Numbered from the stretch's first letter, positions 46,712 through 57,794 are shown. The stretch: DNA of 64,000 nt from a bacterium (GCA_965219955.1 OZ244799.1:1664001-1728000), one strand, 5' to 3'. Numbers and translations are program-made. Notes: generated from the letters alone by a model not told the origin.

Positions 46712-48514
46712 TTACTCCTTGCCCACATCCAAAACAGCCATAAATGCTTCTTGAGGCACTTCAACGGTACCGATATTCTTCATGCGTTTCTTCCCTTCTC
46801 GCTGCTTTTCCAGCAACTTGCGTTTTCGCGTGATATCACCACCATAGCACTTCGCGGTCACATCTTTTCTCAACGCACGAATCGTCTCCCGCGCAATCAC
46901 CCGGTTCCCAACCGCGGCTTGTATGATGACCTCAAACATTTGCCTCGGGATGATTTCTTTCATTTTTTGCACCAGCGCCCGGCCATGATAGTAAGCTTTC
47001 TCCTTGTGAATGATCGTCGAAAATGGATCTATCGGCTGTCCGTTAAGCAGGACATCAAGTTTGACCACATCCGCCGAGCGGTAATCCAGGTGCTCATAGT
47101 CAAAACTCGCGTATCCGCGAGAAACAGATTTTAACTTGTCGTAAAAATCGAAAAGAATTTCACTAAACGGTAGTTCGTAGACGATTTGCACAGTCGCCGT
47201 GTCGATATATTCCATAGAGCGCTGTATGCCCCGCTTCTCCTGTGCCAATTTGAGCACGGCGCCCACATATTCCGAGGGCACAAGAATAGTGCCCAAAATG
47301 AAAGGCTCCTCTATCGATTCAATCCTTGACAGTTCGGGCAACTTAGCTGGACTATCAATTTCCTCCACCGTAGCGTCACTGAGCAGAACGCGAAAGATCA
47401 CCGTCGGAGCTGTTATGATGAGTGTCAGATCGTATTCGCGCTCCAGCCTCTCGCGAATAATTTCCATGTGAAGAAGGCCCAAAAATCCACATCTGAAACC
47501 AAACCCCAAAGCTACCGACGTCTCGGGAGCATAGGTAAAGGCCGAATCGTTCAGTCTGAGTTTTTCGAGCGCCGTTCTTAAGTCTTCATACTCCGCGCTA
47601 TCCGCCGCATATAAACCGCTAAATACCATCGCTTTCGGCTCCTGAAAGCCTTGGATGGCCTCACGCGCAGGGTTTTTGGCAAGCGTAATGGTGTCACCTA
47701 CCCGTGTATCGCTCACCTCGCGTATCGAAGCAGACAAAATTCCCACTTCGCCCGGCCCAAGTTCTTTCATTTTTACTTCATGAGGCGTAAATGTACTTAA
47801 ACTCAGAACTTGATATTCCTTGCCAGTAGACATAAAACGTACGATATCGCCCTTGCGAATTGTCCCCTCGAACATCCGGAAGAGTGGAATGGCGCCTTGG
47901 TAGGAATCATACCAAGAATCTATCACGAGTCCTTGAACCGAACCTTGCATCTCCCCGCTTGGAGGCGGCACTCGCTCAACGATTGCTTCAAGTAGTGAAT
48001 CCACACCTTCGCCTTGTTTCGCGCTCACCAGAAGGCATTCATCCCGGTCAATTCCGATGACGTCTTCCATTTGCTTCACCACGCGTTCAGGATCCGCCGC
48101 CGGCAGATCGATTTTGTTGACCACCGGGATAATGGCTAAATCCTGCTCTAAAGCAAGGTATGCATTCGCCACCGTTTGGGCCTGGATACCCTGGGTGGCG
48201 TCGACCAGCAGCAAAGCACCCTCGCAGGCCTGAAGGCTCCTGGAAACTTCATAACTGAAATCCACATGACCGGGCGTATCTATGAGGTTAAAGACATATT
48301 CTTCGCCCCTATCCGATCTGTAGAAGATCCGCACCGTCGCCGCCTTGATCGTGATGCCTCGCTCCTGTTCCAAGTCCATGGAATCCAAAACCTGAGAAGA
48401 CATTTCACGCTTTGAAAGCGCCCCGGTCATTTCCAGAATGCGATCCGCCAGGGTGGATTTTCCGTGGTCTATATGAGCGATAATTGAAAAATTCCTGATT
48501 CGATCGATGTTCAC
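46712..48514 (-). CDS. lepA: Translation elongation factor 4
   Basis: [25 protein letters not shown] and [14 protein letters not shown]. Confidence 0.99.
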   Translation of the reverse strand: MNIDRIRNFSIIAHIDHGKSTLADRILEMTGALSKREMSSQVLDSMDLEQERGITIKAATVRIFYRSDRGEEYVFNLIDTPGHVDFSYEVSRSLQACEGALLLVDATQGIQAQTVANAYLALEQDLAIIPVVNKIDLPAADPERVVKQMEDVIGIDRDECLLVSAKQGEGVDSLLEAIVERVPPPSGEMQGSVQGLVIDSWYDSYQGAIPLFRMFEGTIRKGDIVRFMSTGKEYQVLSLSTFTPHEVKMKELGPGEVGILSASIREVSDTRVGDTITLAKNPAREAIQGFQEPKAMVFSGLYAADSAEYEDLRTALEKLRLNDSAFTYAPETSVALGFGFRCGFLGLLHMEIIRERLEREYDLTLIITAPTVIFRVLLSDATVEEIDSPAKLPELSRIESIEEPFILGTILVPSEYVGAVLKLAQEKRGIQRSMEYIDTATVQIVYELPFSEILFDFYDKLKSVSRGYASFDYEHLDYRSADVVKLDVLLNGQPIDPFSTIIHKEKAYYHGRALVQKMKEIIPRQMFEVIIQAAVGNRVIARETIRALRKDVTAKCYGGDITRKRKLLEKQREGKKRMKNIGTVEVPQEAFMAVLDVGKE

Positions 48515-48795
48515 GGCCGGAAGAAATCTCTCTGGGAAGGCGAATGGCGCGAATGCCGAAATTGCGTGAGCCTGCTTGAAATTTTATTTCCGCTCTTCGA
48601 TTTCTGGTTACCTGCAAATACAGCAGTAGATAAACCTACTATTTTCACAGGTGATCAGGCGAACACGCTATATCAAACTTGTCCAACCTTGGTCAAATTG
48701 TTTGCCCCCGGATATACACGATGTTAGCATATGCAAAGTGCAGTGTTTCAGTCATTTATGCGTAATCCGCACCCACGATTAGGGCACACTTAACC

Positions 48796-50205
48796 ATGCG
48801 TTGCCGTAGCCTGCATGTTTTAACCCACCTCTCCATATTATGGTTGTTCTGCTTATTTTGCGCCTCGCCAGCATCGGCGGAGCCGCATCTATTTGGTAGT
48901 CGTCTCATTATCGATGCGGCCAAAAAGTTACAACCTTCAGTTGTACATATTCGTGTAAAACCAAAAGGAATGGAAGGCAATCCGTTACTCAACCTTTTCG
49001 GGAGAGGCCGTCAAAAAGACAACCCTCCAAAATTTGATCAGGGCGATGCGCCCTTTAGCGGGCACTATAACGTGGGATCTGGAATCATTGTCTCACAAGA
49101 AGGTCATATCTTAACGAATCACCACGTTATCAAGAATGCGCAAGAAATTATGGTCAAACTCCATGAAGGGGAGGAATTCTCAGCCCGTTTACTTGGTGTG
49201 GACGATAAAACAGATCTTGCCCTGCTGAAAATAAAACCGACTCAAAAACTCCAGGAAGCATCTCTCGGAGATTCCGATAAAATAGAAGTCGGGCAGTGGG
49301 TTATAGCAATAGGTAGTCCATTCGGTTTGGCGAATTCCCTATCCGTGGGAATAGTCAGCGCAAAGGGTAGGGACTTGAAAGAAGGTCCTTTTGATGAATA
49401 CCTCCAAACCGACGCATCAATTAACCCTGGCAACTCCGGTGGCCCACTTGCAAATACGGAAGGCGTCGTAATCGGCGTCAACACAGCGATATTTTCCAGC
49501 GGATCGCGCGCCTGGAGTCTGGGCATCGGATTCGCTATCCCGATCAACCAGGCCAAAGCCGTTATCGATTCCCTTCGCCACAAAGGCTATCCGGTGCGGG
49601 GTCGTCTGGGTGCGGCCATATCCGCAGTCCCCCGGCAAGAGGGAAAGAATCTGGGCTTAGCCCGCTTCGAGGGCGCCAAGCTCACGCAAGTTACTCGCGG
49701 CGGCCCTGCAGATCGTGCCGGCTTGCGTAGGGGAGATGTCGTGGTTGAATTCGACGGCAAATCTGTAAGCACATGGCAGAGCCTTCCCCGCATAGTAGCT
49801 CGCACGAAACCAAATTCCCTTGTGTTGGTAAAATATTATCGCGAAAAGCGCCTCGAAAGTGTCTATATCCGCATAGGAAGTCGGCCTGAAGCGCCCCATT
49901 CTCGAAAGGTGACCAACCATAAGTACATGGGAATGAAGGTAGAAATGCTTACCCCACATCTCGCCCAGCGTTTCGGATTGACATATGAGGAGAATAAATT
50001 GGTGGTCTCCTCGATTCTCAGAGGCGGCATTGCTGAGCTTAGCGGAATCAGGCCCGGCGATGAAATCGAGGAGGTTAACCATAAACCTGTAAAAACTATA
50101 GAGGAATTTCAGTTGCTTGTTGACAAATCACGCCTCGAGGGCTCCGTGCTCCTCCTTTTGAAGAGAAAAGAAACAAACCTATTCGCTGCTCTTCAAATCA
50201 AGTAA
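48796..50205 (+). CDS. DegP/DegQ (HtrA) serine endoprotease with two PDZ domains
   Basis: Signal peptide; TNHHV, DLAL and GNSGG catalytic triad; two PDZ domains. Confidence 0.95.
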   Translation: MRCRSLHVLTHLSILWLFCLFCASPASAEPHLFGSRLIIDAAKKLQPSVVHIRVKPKGMEGNPLLNLFGRGRQKDNPPKFDQGDAPFSGHYNVGSGIIVSQEGHILTNHHVIKNAQEIMVKLHEGEEFSARLLGVDDKTDLALLKIKPTQKLQEASLGDSDKIEVGQWVIAIGSPFGLANSLSVGIVSAKGRDLKEGPFDEYLQTDASINPGNSGGPLANTEGVVIGVNTAIFSSGSRAWSLGIGFAIPINQAKAVIDSLRHKGYPVRGRLGAAISAVPRQEGKNLGLARFEGAKLTQVTRGGPADRAGLRRGDVVVEFDGKSVSTWQSLPRIVARTKPNSLVLVKYYREKRLESVYIRIGSRPEAPHSRKVTNHKYMGMKVEMLTPHLAQRFGLTYEENKLVVSSILRGGIAELSGIRPGDEIEEVNHKPVKTIEEFQLLVDKSRLEGSVLLLLKRKETNLFAALQIK

Positions 50206-50299
50206 CACCTGCACTCAAACCAAAATGATGCAAAAGTCTTTATAGCGAATTTCCTTTGCTTTTAGGTCTAGCTCTCGAAATTCGATTGAAACGTGAATT

Positions 50300-51442
50300 T
50301 CATGAACCCAACCATCGCTCATGTTGTTGGAGCGCGTAGCGGTCCGTCATTCCTGCAACATAATCACAAACCATTCGATGCCTCCCTTCCACTCTCTCGA
50401 GTCTACGTACATGCTCCGGAATCTTATGGGGTTCGACGATGTACAACTGAAACAATCCATTCAATGTTTTTCGAGCGCTTTGTTCTAATTTCATGACGCG
50501 CTCGTTTTTATACATCCGCGTCATCAAAAACCGTTTGAGTTCGATGTTTTTCTCATTCATCTCCTCGCCGAAAACAACCACATCATGCCCATTCTCTCTG
50601 ACATCCGAAATATCTTGCATATTCCGAGTCTTAATTCGCTCGCATGTGGATGTGATGATATCTTGTACTTGTGAGTTGATAATCCTGCGAATGGTGTCGT
50701 GCTTACTCTCCCGCCAGGAAGAATTAGGAAACGATTTTTTTGAGCTTTCGTAGTGTTCGCGCCAAAGGCGCGTATCCTGCAAATCTTCCGGTTCAAACAG
50801 CCGGGACGAAAGGCCATCATCCAAATCATGATTGTTATATGCAATCTCATCGGCCACATCGACCACTTGTGCCTCAAGGCTGGGAGAGATTGTATTCGTC
50901 AGACCCGGAGGCATCGGTCCTTCGTAGCGGTGAAGATATTTTATGATTCCCTCACGCGTTTCCCATGTCAGGTTCAAACCCGGGAACGATGGGTAACGCT
51001 TTTCCAAAGCTTCGACGATTCTGAGGGCTTGTAAATTATGTTCAAACCCGCCGTGCTCTTTCATCAGTTCATCTAAAACTTTCTCTCCGGCATGCCCGAA
51101 TGGCGGGTGGCCTAAATCGTGCGCAAGGGCAACAGCCTCGGCAAGTTCTTCATTCAAGCCCAGCGCACGCGCGATTGATCGAGCGATTTGGCTCACTTCT
51201 ATGGTGTGCGTCAAACGTGTTCGATAATGATCCCCCTCATGATTCACAAAGACCTGTGTTTTGTATTCAAGTCTCCTGAACGCTTGCGTATGGATGATTC
51301 TGTCACGATCACGCTGAAAGGCTGTCCTCATGTCATGTTCAGGCTCCGGGTGTAGCCTCCCGAGACTATCGGCGCTATGCGCAGCATAAGGGGCCAGCAG
51401 GTGTTTTTCCCGCTCCTCGATGGAAACTCGAGTGTTGTTCAT
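50300..51442 (-). CDS. dgt: Deoxyguanosinetriphosphate triphosphohydrolase-like HD protein
   Basis: FQRDRDRI, KTQVF, RTRLTH, HDLGHPPFGH and YVAGMTD. Confidence 0.95.
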   Translation of the reverse strand: MNNTRVSIEEREKHLLAPYAAHSADSLGRLHPEPEHDMRTAFQRDRDRIIHTQAFRRLEYKTQVFVNHEGDHYRTRLTHTIEVSQIARSIARALGLNEELAEAVALAHDLGHPPFGHAGEKVLDELMKEHGGFEHNLQALRIVEALEKRYPSFPGLNLTWETREGIIKYLHRYEGPMPPGLTNTISPSLEAQVVDVADEIAYNNHDLDDGLSSRLFEPEDLQDTRLWREHYESSKKSFPNSSWRESKHDTIRRIINSQVQDIITSTCERIKTRNMQDISDVRENGHDVVVFGEEMNEKNIELKRFLMTRMYKNERVMKLEQSARKTLNGLFQLYIVEPHKIPEHVRRLERVEGRHRMVCDYVAGMTDRYALQQHERWLGS

Positions 51443-51463
51443 AAACGTACCTAACTCTCAAAA

Positions 51464-52399
51464 TCAGTCTGTATCACCAGCGGGCGGAATACCCGCGCGC
51501 CATGCGGCAAATAAATAAGTCGTTGCAAGAGAAGCCCATGGATGCCACCTGTCAGCTTGCATGCGTGCCGTCTTTTCGTCCACACGCTCTTCTCCAAAGC
51601 AGAAACGCGCCACGACCTTCTGGACTCCCAAATCACCACCAGGGAATACCTCTACGCGGCCAAGCGCCCGAAACAACATTTGCTCCGCTGTCCAGCGACC
51701 CACGCCTCGTATCTCGGTCAAGCGAGCTACCGCTTCATCTATCGTGAGAATACGCAGCTCATTCTCATCCAAGCGGTCCTCCAGAGCAGCACGCGCCACG
51801 TCAATCACATATTCGGCTTTTCGTTCCGAGAATTGCATAGAGCGAAAAGTGGACACCCGAGCTCGGGCCAAACGCTCCGGACGCGGAAATGCGTAATGCG
51901 TCTTCCCGTCGACTCGTAATTTTCTTCCCCATCGCTTCACCATACGCCCCCGTATGGCGCCGGCGAACGTTAAATTCACCTGTTGCGCCGTTATCGCCGT
52001 AACCAGGGCTTCGAACACGCTCAGGTATCGTATGGGCTTGAGCCCCCTGAATTTTTTCACAACCGGAGCCAAATTCGCATCCTCTTCCGCCATTTTGTAA
52101 AACGCTCTCAAATCAAGATCAAACGCAAAAATATGCTCGATTGCTTCTAAACCTGCCTTTTGGGCCGATTTCGTCATCCGCCCTTCCGTGGTCATTCGAA
52201 GTCGAATCGAGTTCCGGCCTTCGACTTCTTTTTCGGCTTCCAACAAAACCAAATCGCCTTTCTCATCTTCTACTAGCCTGCGGTACACCCCATCCATGTA
52301 GGAATTGACGAACTCCTCTCTGGAAACACGGAACCGCAACAAGCTCTCGTGAAACAAGAAAGGTTCAGGGGGATGTAGAATTTTGGTTACAGACCCCAT
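51464..52399 (-). CDS. alkA: DNA-3-methyladenine glycosylase II (HhH-GPD)
   Basis: AITAQQV, FPRPE, IRGVGRWTAE, GDLGV and W.PW.S.A. Confidence 0.88.
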   Translation of the reverse strand: MGSVTKILHPPEPFLFHESLLRFRVSREEFVNSYMDGVYRRLVEDEKGDLVLLEAEKEVEGRNSIRLRMTTEGRMTKSAQKAGLEAIEHIFAFDLDLRAFYKMAEEDANLAPVVKKFRGLKPIRYLSVFEALVTAITAQQVNLTFAGAIRGRMVKRWGRKLRVDGKTHYAFPRPERLARARVSTFRSMQFSERKAEYVIDVARAALEDRLDENELRILTIDEAVARLTEIRGVGRWTAEQMLFRALGRVEVFPGGDLGVQKVVARFCFGEERVDEKTARMQADRWHPWASLATTYLFAAWRAGIPPAGDTD

Positions 52400-52400
52400 G

Positions 52401-53174
52401 CTATTCCACCATCCGTCTGCTCACCAAAACACAGGCGACAGTCAAGAATAAGAATGTAAAACCGAGCAGTAGCGAAAAGTGCCAAATAAAATTCTCAACG
52501 TGTCCATAAATAAACAAGCCGCGCGAAATTCGCACCGCATGCGTGAGCGGGAGAGCCTCGGACAACCGTTCCACCCAAATCGGAAGACCCTTGATGGGAA
52601 ACAATGTGCCGGCGAAGAAAAACATCGGCATGACGATGGCGGAGAAATAAAAGTTGAAAAACGAAAAACTATGAGCCAACGATGTCGCAATGAGTCCCAA
52701 GGCTGCGAACATCACCGCCTCGATAAACAGAATCGGGAGAATCGCCACCGCCCACCATGAACCCACCAGACCGAACAAACTTAAAACTACCAACATCAAT
52801 GTCGAACCAATCAACGCACGGCTGGCGCACCAGAGAAGATCGCCCAATACGATATCGCCTACCGTAAGCGGAGCCATCAGCATGGACTCATAGATATTTT
52901 GAATTCTCATCCTCGAATAAGCCCCGTACGTGGATTCATACGTGGCATTCCACATCGCGACGGAAACCATCAACCCGGGGCCTATGAACTGCGCATATGA
53001 AATACCGTCCAAACTCGGCACCAACCGGCCGAGCCCATAACCAAACGCCACCAGCCACAGAATGTGCTCGCCCAGGTTGCCGGCCCATTCCGCCAAGTAG
53101 AAAGAGCGGTAGTACACCAGATGACGAACCCAGACGCGAAAGGCGCGATGGCTCGGAGCCTGGGGGAAAAGCAT
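52401..53174 (-). CDS. ABC-2 type permease (NodJ-like)
   Basis: Y..F..PGL, PMFFFAGTLFP and LPLTHAV; about six TM segments. Confidence 0.88.
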   Translation of the reverse strand: MLFPQAPSHRAFRVWVRHLVYYRSFYLAEWAGNLGEHILWLVAFGYGLGRLVPSLDGISYAQFIGPGLMVSVAMWNATYESTYGAYSRMRIQNIYESMLMAPLTVGDIVLGDLLWCASRALIGSTLMLVVLSLFGLVGSWWAVAILPILFIEAVMFAALGLIATSLAHSFSFFNFYFSAIVMPMFFFAGTLFPIKGLPIWVERLSEALPLTHAVRISRGLFIYGHVENFIWHFSLLLGFTFLFLTVACVLVSRRMVE

Positions 53175-54103
53175 TAATCCCGAAGCTCCCTGCCCGTGAG
53201 TTTCAGAAACAAATCCTCCAGGGTGGCGGGTCTTCTCAAAAAATCCTTCCGGCCGCGAGAAATCAAATGCTCCATGACTCCCGTCCCATTGCGGCTATAC
53301 AGATACAATATATCGGCAACGACCTCAGTGGTTACGGAAAGACCCTGCAACGAGTCCAGAAACTCTGCCGAAGCACCACCTTTCAATTCGTAGACTTCAT
53401 CGCCCACTTTTTCATGAACCAGGGTTTGCGGCGGCCCCTCGACAAGAAATTTCCCCCCGTCCATGATGCCGATGCGGTCGCACATCTGCGCCGCCTCCTC
53501 CATGTAATGCGTGGTGAGGAGGATGGTCAGACCCTGCGCCTTGAGCTCGCGGAGCCTGTGCCAGACAAGGTGTCTCGCCTGCGGATCGAGGCCGGTGGTG
53601 GGCTCGTCCAGAATCAGGAATTTCGGCTCATGAATCAGCGCGCGCGCGATGTGGAGACGCCGCTTCATGCCGCCGGAGAGGGTCTTGATTTGTGAATCCC
53701 ATTTTTCGCGAAGCTGCATGAAATCGAGCAGATACTCGATGCGGGACAATGACGCTTGCTTGGAAATACTGAAAAATCCGGCATAGACCCAAAGGTTTTC
53801 ATATACGGTCAGATCACGATCCAGCGTATCTTCTTGCGACACGATGCCCATCTGGGCGCGGATGAGCCGACTCTGGGTTGCCACATCCCTGCCCAACACC
53901 CTCAGAGAGCCTGAGTCAGGCTCAACGGCTCCATGCAGCATTTTGATTGTTGTGGTTTTACCGGCTCCGTTCGGACCCAGAATCCCGAAACATTCTCCGG
54001 TTTCAACCTGCAGCGAGACGCCATCGACGGCTTTGAGGGTTCCGAAGGATTTCTCGATGCCCCGGGCGTCTATCACGAATCCAGGCAACGAACACTCCAC
54101 CAA
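53174..54103 (-). CDS. ABC transporter ATP-binding protein (NodI-like)
   Basis: GPNGAGKTT, LSGGMKRR, LDEPTTGLD and TTHYMEEA. Confidence 0.92.
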   Translation of the reverse strand: MVECSLPGFVIDARGIEKSFGTLKAVDGVSLQVETGECFGILGPNGAGKTTTIKMLHGAVEPDSGSLRVLGRDVATQSRLIRAQMGIVSQEDTLDRDLTVYENLWVYAGFFSISKQASLSRIEYLLDFMQLREKWDSQIKTLSGGMKRRLHIARALIHEPKFLILDEPTTGLDPQARHLVWHRLRELKAQGLTILLTTHYMEEAAQMCDRIGIMDGGKFLVEGPPQTLVHEKVGDEVYELKGGASAEFLDSLQGLSVTTEVVADILYLYSRNGTGVMEHLISRGRKDFLRRPATLEDLFLKLTGRELRD

Positions 54104-54114
54104 CGTGGACGGTT

Positions 54115-55365
54115 CTACAAACCGCGAAGGCGCTCGGCCTCCGCGATTCGTTCAATGGCAAGAATGAAGGCCGCCGTACGAAAAGACACTTGTTTCTCCT
54201 CCGCGAGTTCATACACTTCCGAGGTGGCGCGCGACATGATTTTGCCCAGTTCGCCGTTCACCCGCTCTTCATCCCAGCCGAATTGCTGGATATTCTGAAC
54301 CCATTCAAAATACGAGACCGTCACGCCGCCGGAACTCGCCAACACGTCCGGGATCAGCATGACGTTCCCGCCATCGACCAGAATGTTTTCTCCCTCTTCT
54401 GTTACGGGGGCATTGGCCGCTTCGAGAATAACCCGGGCTTTCACGTTTGCCGCGTTGCGGGCATGAATAACGCCGCCCAGAGCCGCCGGAAGCAAGATGT
54501 CCACATCGAGCGCCAGAAGCTCTTCATTGGTGATCTGCTCGACTCCCCCAAGACCTTCGAGTGTACCTGCTTCCTTTCGGTGTGCTGCGGCAGCTTCGAT
54601 GTCGATGCCGTCGCCATTGAAATAAGCGCCCCTGCTGCCCGAAATCGCCACCACCTTTACTCCAAGCTCCTTGATGAATCTGGCGGCGAAAGAGCCGACG
54701 TTCCCGAAACCTTGGATCGCCGCCGTCATGACCGCCGGGTCCCAACCCTCCTTTTTCGCAATCTCCTCAAACACCATCACGGCGCCCCGCCCCGTGGCGG
54801 CCTCCCTCCCCGGAGAACCGCCCATGGCCAAGGGTTTGCCGGTGACGCAAGCCGGCGCATACCCGTGCCGACTGCTGTATTCATCGAAAATCCACGCCAT
54901 CACCTGCGCATTCGTGTTCACGTCGGGGGCGGGAACATCGCGGTACGGCCCCAGAATGTGGCCGATGCGCGCGATGAATTTTCTGGTCAGCCGCTCCAGT
55001 TCATACACGCTGAGCTCTTTCACGTTGACGGTGATGCCTCCTTTTCCACCGCCGAAGGGGATGTTGACCAGAGCCGTCTTCCAGGCCATCAGGGCCGAGA
55101 GCCCGCGCACCTCGTCCATGTCCACTTCGTGGTGGTAGCGGATTCCGCCCTTGAAAGGCCCCCGGGAGCCGTTGAACTGGACGCGGTAGCCCTCCCAGAC
55201 GCCCAGGGAGCCGTCGTCCCTGCGGATGGGGAGCTCGACTCTCACCTCACGAAATGGAGTCTTGAGGAGAAGCTGCGTTTCATCGTCCAAACCGATGAGT
55301 CCAGCTGCCCGGTCGAACTGCGCGCTTGCGGTTTCGAATACGCTGACTCGCTCGTCTTGGGACAT
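54115..55365 (-). CDS. gdhA: Glu/Leu/Phe/Val dehydrogenase (glutamate dehydrogenase)
   Basis: KGGIRY, GGGKGG, PAPDV, QGFGNVG and SYFEWVQN. Confidence 0.93.
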   Translation of the reverse strand: MSQDERVSVFETASAQFDRAAGLIGLDDETQLLLKTPFREVRVELPIRRDDGSLGVWEGYRVQFNGSRGPFKGGIRYHHEVDMDEVRGLSALMAWKTALVNIPFGGGKGGITVNVKELSVYELERLTRKFIARIGHILGPYRDVPAPDVNTNAQVMAWIFDEYSSRHGYAPACVTGKPLAMGGSPGREAATGRGAVMVFEEIAKKEGWDPAVMTAAIQGFGNVGSFAARFIKELGVKVVAISGSRGAYFNGDGIDIEAAAAHRKEAGTLEGLGGVEQITNEELLALDVDILLPAALGGVIHARNAANVKARVILEAANAPVTEEGENILVDGGNVMLIPDVLASSGGVTVSYFEWVQNIQQFGWDEERVNGELGKIMSRATSEVYELAEEKQVSFRTAAFILAIERIAEAERLRGL

Positions 55366-55445
55366 GATCTTCCCTCCCCTGGAAATTCCCTGAAAGGACG
55401 GAGCGCGAATCAGGCGGCGAGAGAGTATTACTCAGCCTCGAGGGA

Positions 55446-55676
55446 TCAGTGGCACGAACACATGCCTCCGCAGCCGCCCCCGCCGGCCGAGTATCCACTG
55501 GAAACCGGAGCCGCAGCAGCAGCGCCCGAAGTGGATTTGGCGAACAAGGAAAGTTTCTTGTGAACCTTCTTCGAGCCGCATTCAGGGCATTCGACCCGCT
55601 CGGCGGCTTGCGCGGATGAAACGATGGTCTCGAAATCTTTCTCACAGCTTCCGCAAAGGAATTCATACATCGGCAT
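55446..55676 (-). CDS. FmdB family zinc-ribbon protein with a Cys-rich C-terminus
   Basis: MPMYEFLCGSC...CPECGS...GCGGMCSCH. Confidence 0.88.
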   Translation of the reverse strand: MPMYEFLCGSCEKDFETIVSSAQAAERVECPECGSKKVHKKLSLFAKSTSGAAAAAPVSSGYSAGGGGCGGMCSCH

Positions 55677-55699
55677 GATTTTTCTGGCCTCCAGATGAG

Positions 55700-56350
55700 T
55701 CAGCGCATTTCATTGGCGCGGCGCCAATCCGCCAAAAATTTCTCCAACCCGATATCCGTCAGAGGATGCTTGAGCAACTGCGCGATCACCCCGAAGGGGA
55801 CCGTCGCGACGTCCGCCCCCATCTTAGCGGCGTCGAGCAGGTGGATCGGCGTGCGAACGCTCGCCACCAGCACCTCGGTGGCGTAGTCGTAGTTCTCGAA
55901 AATCTGAACGATATCGCTCACGATCTGCATGCCAGGGTTCGAGATGTCGTCCAGCCGGCCCACGAAGGGGCTCACGAACGAAGCCCCCGCCTTGGCGGCC
56001 AGCATCGCCTGCGCCGGGCTGAAGATGAGCGTGACGTTCGTGTTGATGTTCTCCTCGCGCATGGCCTTGACGGCGCGCAGGCCCTCGACGCCCACCGGAA
56101 CCTTCACCACGACGTTCTCGTGAATCGCGGCCAGCTCACGGCCTTCTTCGACCATCTCCTTCCACTCCGTGGCGATGACTTCCGCGCTCACCGGCCCGTC
56201 GACCACCCCGCATATCTCCTTGATCCTCGTGTGGTGGTCCGCGCCCTCTTTCGCGATGAGCGATGGGTTCGTCGTCACGCCGTCCAGGATGCCGGTGGAC
56301 GCCGCCTCGGTGATCTCCTCCAGGTTCGCCGTATCGATGAATATCTTCAT
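55700..56350 (-). CDS. fsa: Fructose-6-phosphate aldolase / short transaldolase
   Basis: [28 protein letters not shown] and HPLTDIGL. Confidence 0.93.
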   Translation of the reverse strand: MKIFIDTANLEEITEAASTGILDGVTTNPSLIAKEGADHHTRIKEICGVVDGPVSAEVIATEWKEMVEEGRELAAIHENVVVKVPVGVEGLRAVKAMREENINTNVTLIFSPAQAMLAAKAGASFVSPFVGRLDDISNPGMQIVSDIVQIFENYDYATEVLVASVRTPIHLLDAAKMGADVATVPFGVIAQLLKHPLTDIGLEKFLADWRRANEMR

Positions 56351-56590
56351 GGTATCTCCCGCCGGACGTGTTCATTCCCCCCGCGGGGCCGCGCCCCGCA
56401 TCTGAGAAGATGACGCGGCTGCGCCCAAATGTCAATATGACGGGGGTGCGGATTGTAGAGGGAAATGCGGGGGAATGCGCCGGGTTGCGCTCAACTTATC
56501 CGATCTGCGGGCTGATGCGGGGTTGCGAAAAAACTTTTTTATCCGGTACATTTCGAAAAATAATCCATCATCTGCTTTATATTATTCATA

Positions 56591-56603
56591 TAACTAGTTG
56601 AAT
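56591..56603. promoter_or_regulatory. Candidate IHF-binding site
   Basis: TAACTAGTTGAAT against the consensus YAANNNNTTGATW (one mismatch), in an AT-rich intergenic region. Confidence 0.35.
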
Positions 56604-57099
56604 AAATACGAAATATCTCTTTTTATCCGGTTCGATAAATTTCCGTTAATTTATCTGTATTTATCCAATTTTATCGTATTGTTCGGGAATTCCCGGTTCA
56701 CGCCCGCGTGCCCGCCAGGCCTGCTCTCCAGCGCCCGGCCGGAGGCGCCGATGCCCGGAAGGCGCGCGAAACTCTCCCGCCTCCCCGGATGCGCCGGGGT
56801 GAACGGCCCGCATGAAATTCGCTTCGTCATCGTCTCATCCTCCTGAAAGCGCCGCTAGGGATTCACCGGCCCGTCTCCGTGAAGAGGCCGGGACGCTTCG
56901 CCACCCTACCAAACCCCCGCCGCACGCAAGAACGGCAATTGCGGGCAAATGCGCTTTCCCCTTTATGTGAAAATTTCCTGGGGATAAAAGATAAAAAACC
57001 GCCGAACCAAGATGATAAGCCGACGAATCGCGATAAATTCCCGAACAAAAACCGGGGCGACCAGGGAGACGCGCCGCAGGGATGCCGATCTTCCCTGGG

Positions 57100-57433
57100 G
57101 AAGGGGAATTGAAAAAGCCCCTCTCATCGGGGGATAAACGCACCCCCCTACCCCTCTTTGTCAGGCGCTGTTGAAAAAGCCCGTATCAAAGAAGCAACCC
57201 TCCTTGTCGGGGGATAAAGGCAACCCCCCCTACCCCCCCTTGTCAGGGGGCAAGAAAGAGCAAAACCCTTCACCACGGCGGCGGGGGGGGGCGCGCCTTT
57301 TTTTACCCCCCTGTCAAGGGGGGGTAGGGGGGGTTGGTTTTCAAGGAGAGAGCCTGCGCCGCCCGGCCTGGGATATTGCTCGTCATTCCGGTGTCGGAGC
57401 CGAACGCAGAGGAAGGGTTCACCGGAATGACGG
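57100..57433. repeat. Cluster of nested palindromic repeats and MITE-type ends
   Basis: TTGAAAAAGCCC ends at ~57108 and ~57171; CCCCCTTGTCAGGGGG doublet; CGTCATTCCGG...CCGGAATGACG hairpin at 57381-57432. Confidence 0.75.
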
Positions 57434-57462
57434 CTCTCTGCGAACACCGTATAGCTTCCCAT
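57433..57462 (-). pseudogene. Putative 5' stub of a ParE toxin gene
   Basis: ATG 5 nt after the parD stop; reads MGSYTV and, with one base removed, SQRA (ParE-like N-terminus); cut by a palindromic repeat. Confidence 0.4.
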
Positions 57463-57467
57463 CCCGC

Positions 57468-57704
57468 TCAGGGGGTTTTCTTGCCGGCGATGAAAGCATC
57501 GAAATCAAAAGGCGTCGCCCGGCCGGACGCCTCGCCTTCGATGAGCGCATCGCGCAGGGCACTCACCCTGGCTTCGTGCTCTTCGAGCAGGCGCAGCCCG
57601 GCGCGCACCACGTCGCTGGCCGAGTTGTAGCGGCCCGACGCAACGCGCTCTTCGATGAAACCCACGAAATGATCCCCGAGTGAAACCGACGTATTGCGCG
57701 GCAT
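57468..57704 (-). CDS. parD: Type II TA antitoxin, ParD family (ribbon-helix-helix)
   Basis: NTSVSLGDHF...SGRYNSASDVVRAGLRLLEE...LIEGEASG..FDFDAF. Confidence 0.92.
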   Translation of the reverse strand: MPRNTSVSLGDHFVGFIEERVASGRYNSASDVVRAGLRLLEEHEARVSALRDALIEGEASGRATPFDFDAFIAGKKTP

Positions 57705-57794
57705 GAGAAGCCCCCCTTCACAGCCAGTACACCAAGAATGGGTATGCGCGCAAAGGTTTCATGTCACGCGAACTCAGCATGGCTCGCCTCCATC

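Noticed and set aside
50300-51442. dGTPase as an anti-phage nucleotide-depletion system
   Set aside because: Short housekeeping-type Dgt located among core genes, not in a defence context.
56490-56700. Replication origin (oriC)
   Set aside because: The TTATC motifs do not extend to TTATCCACA DnaA boxes, there is no dnaA/dnaN nearby, and gene orientation does not switch.
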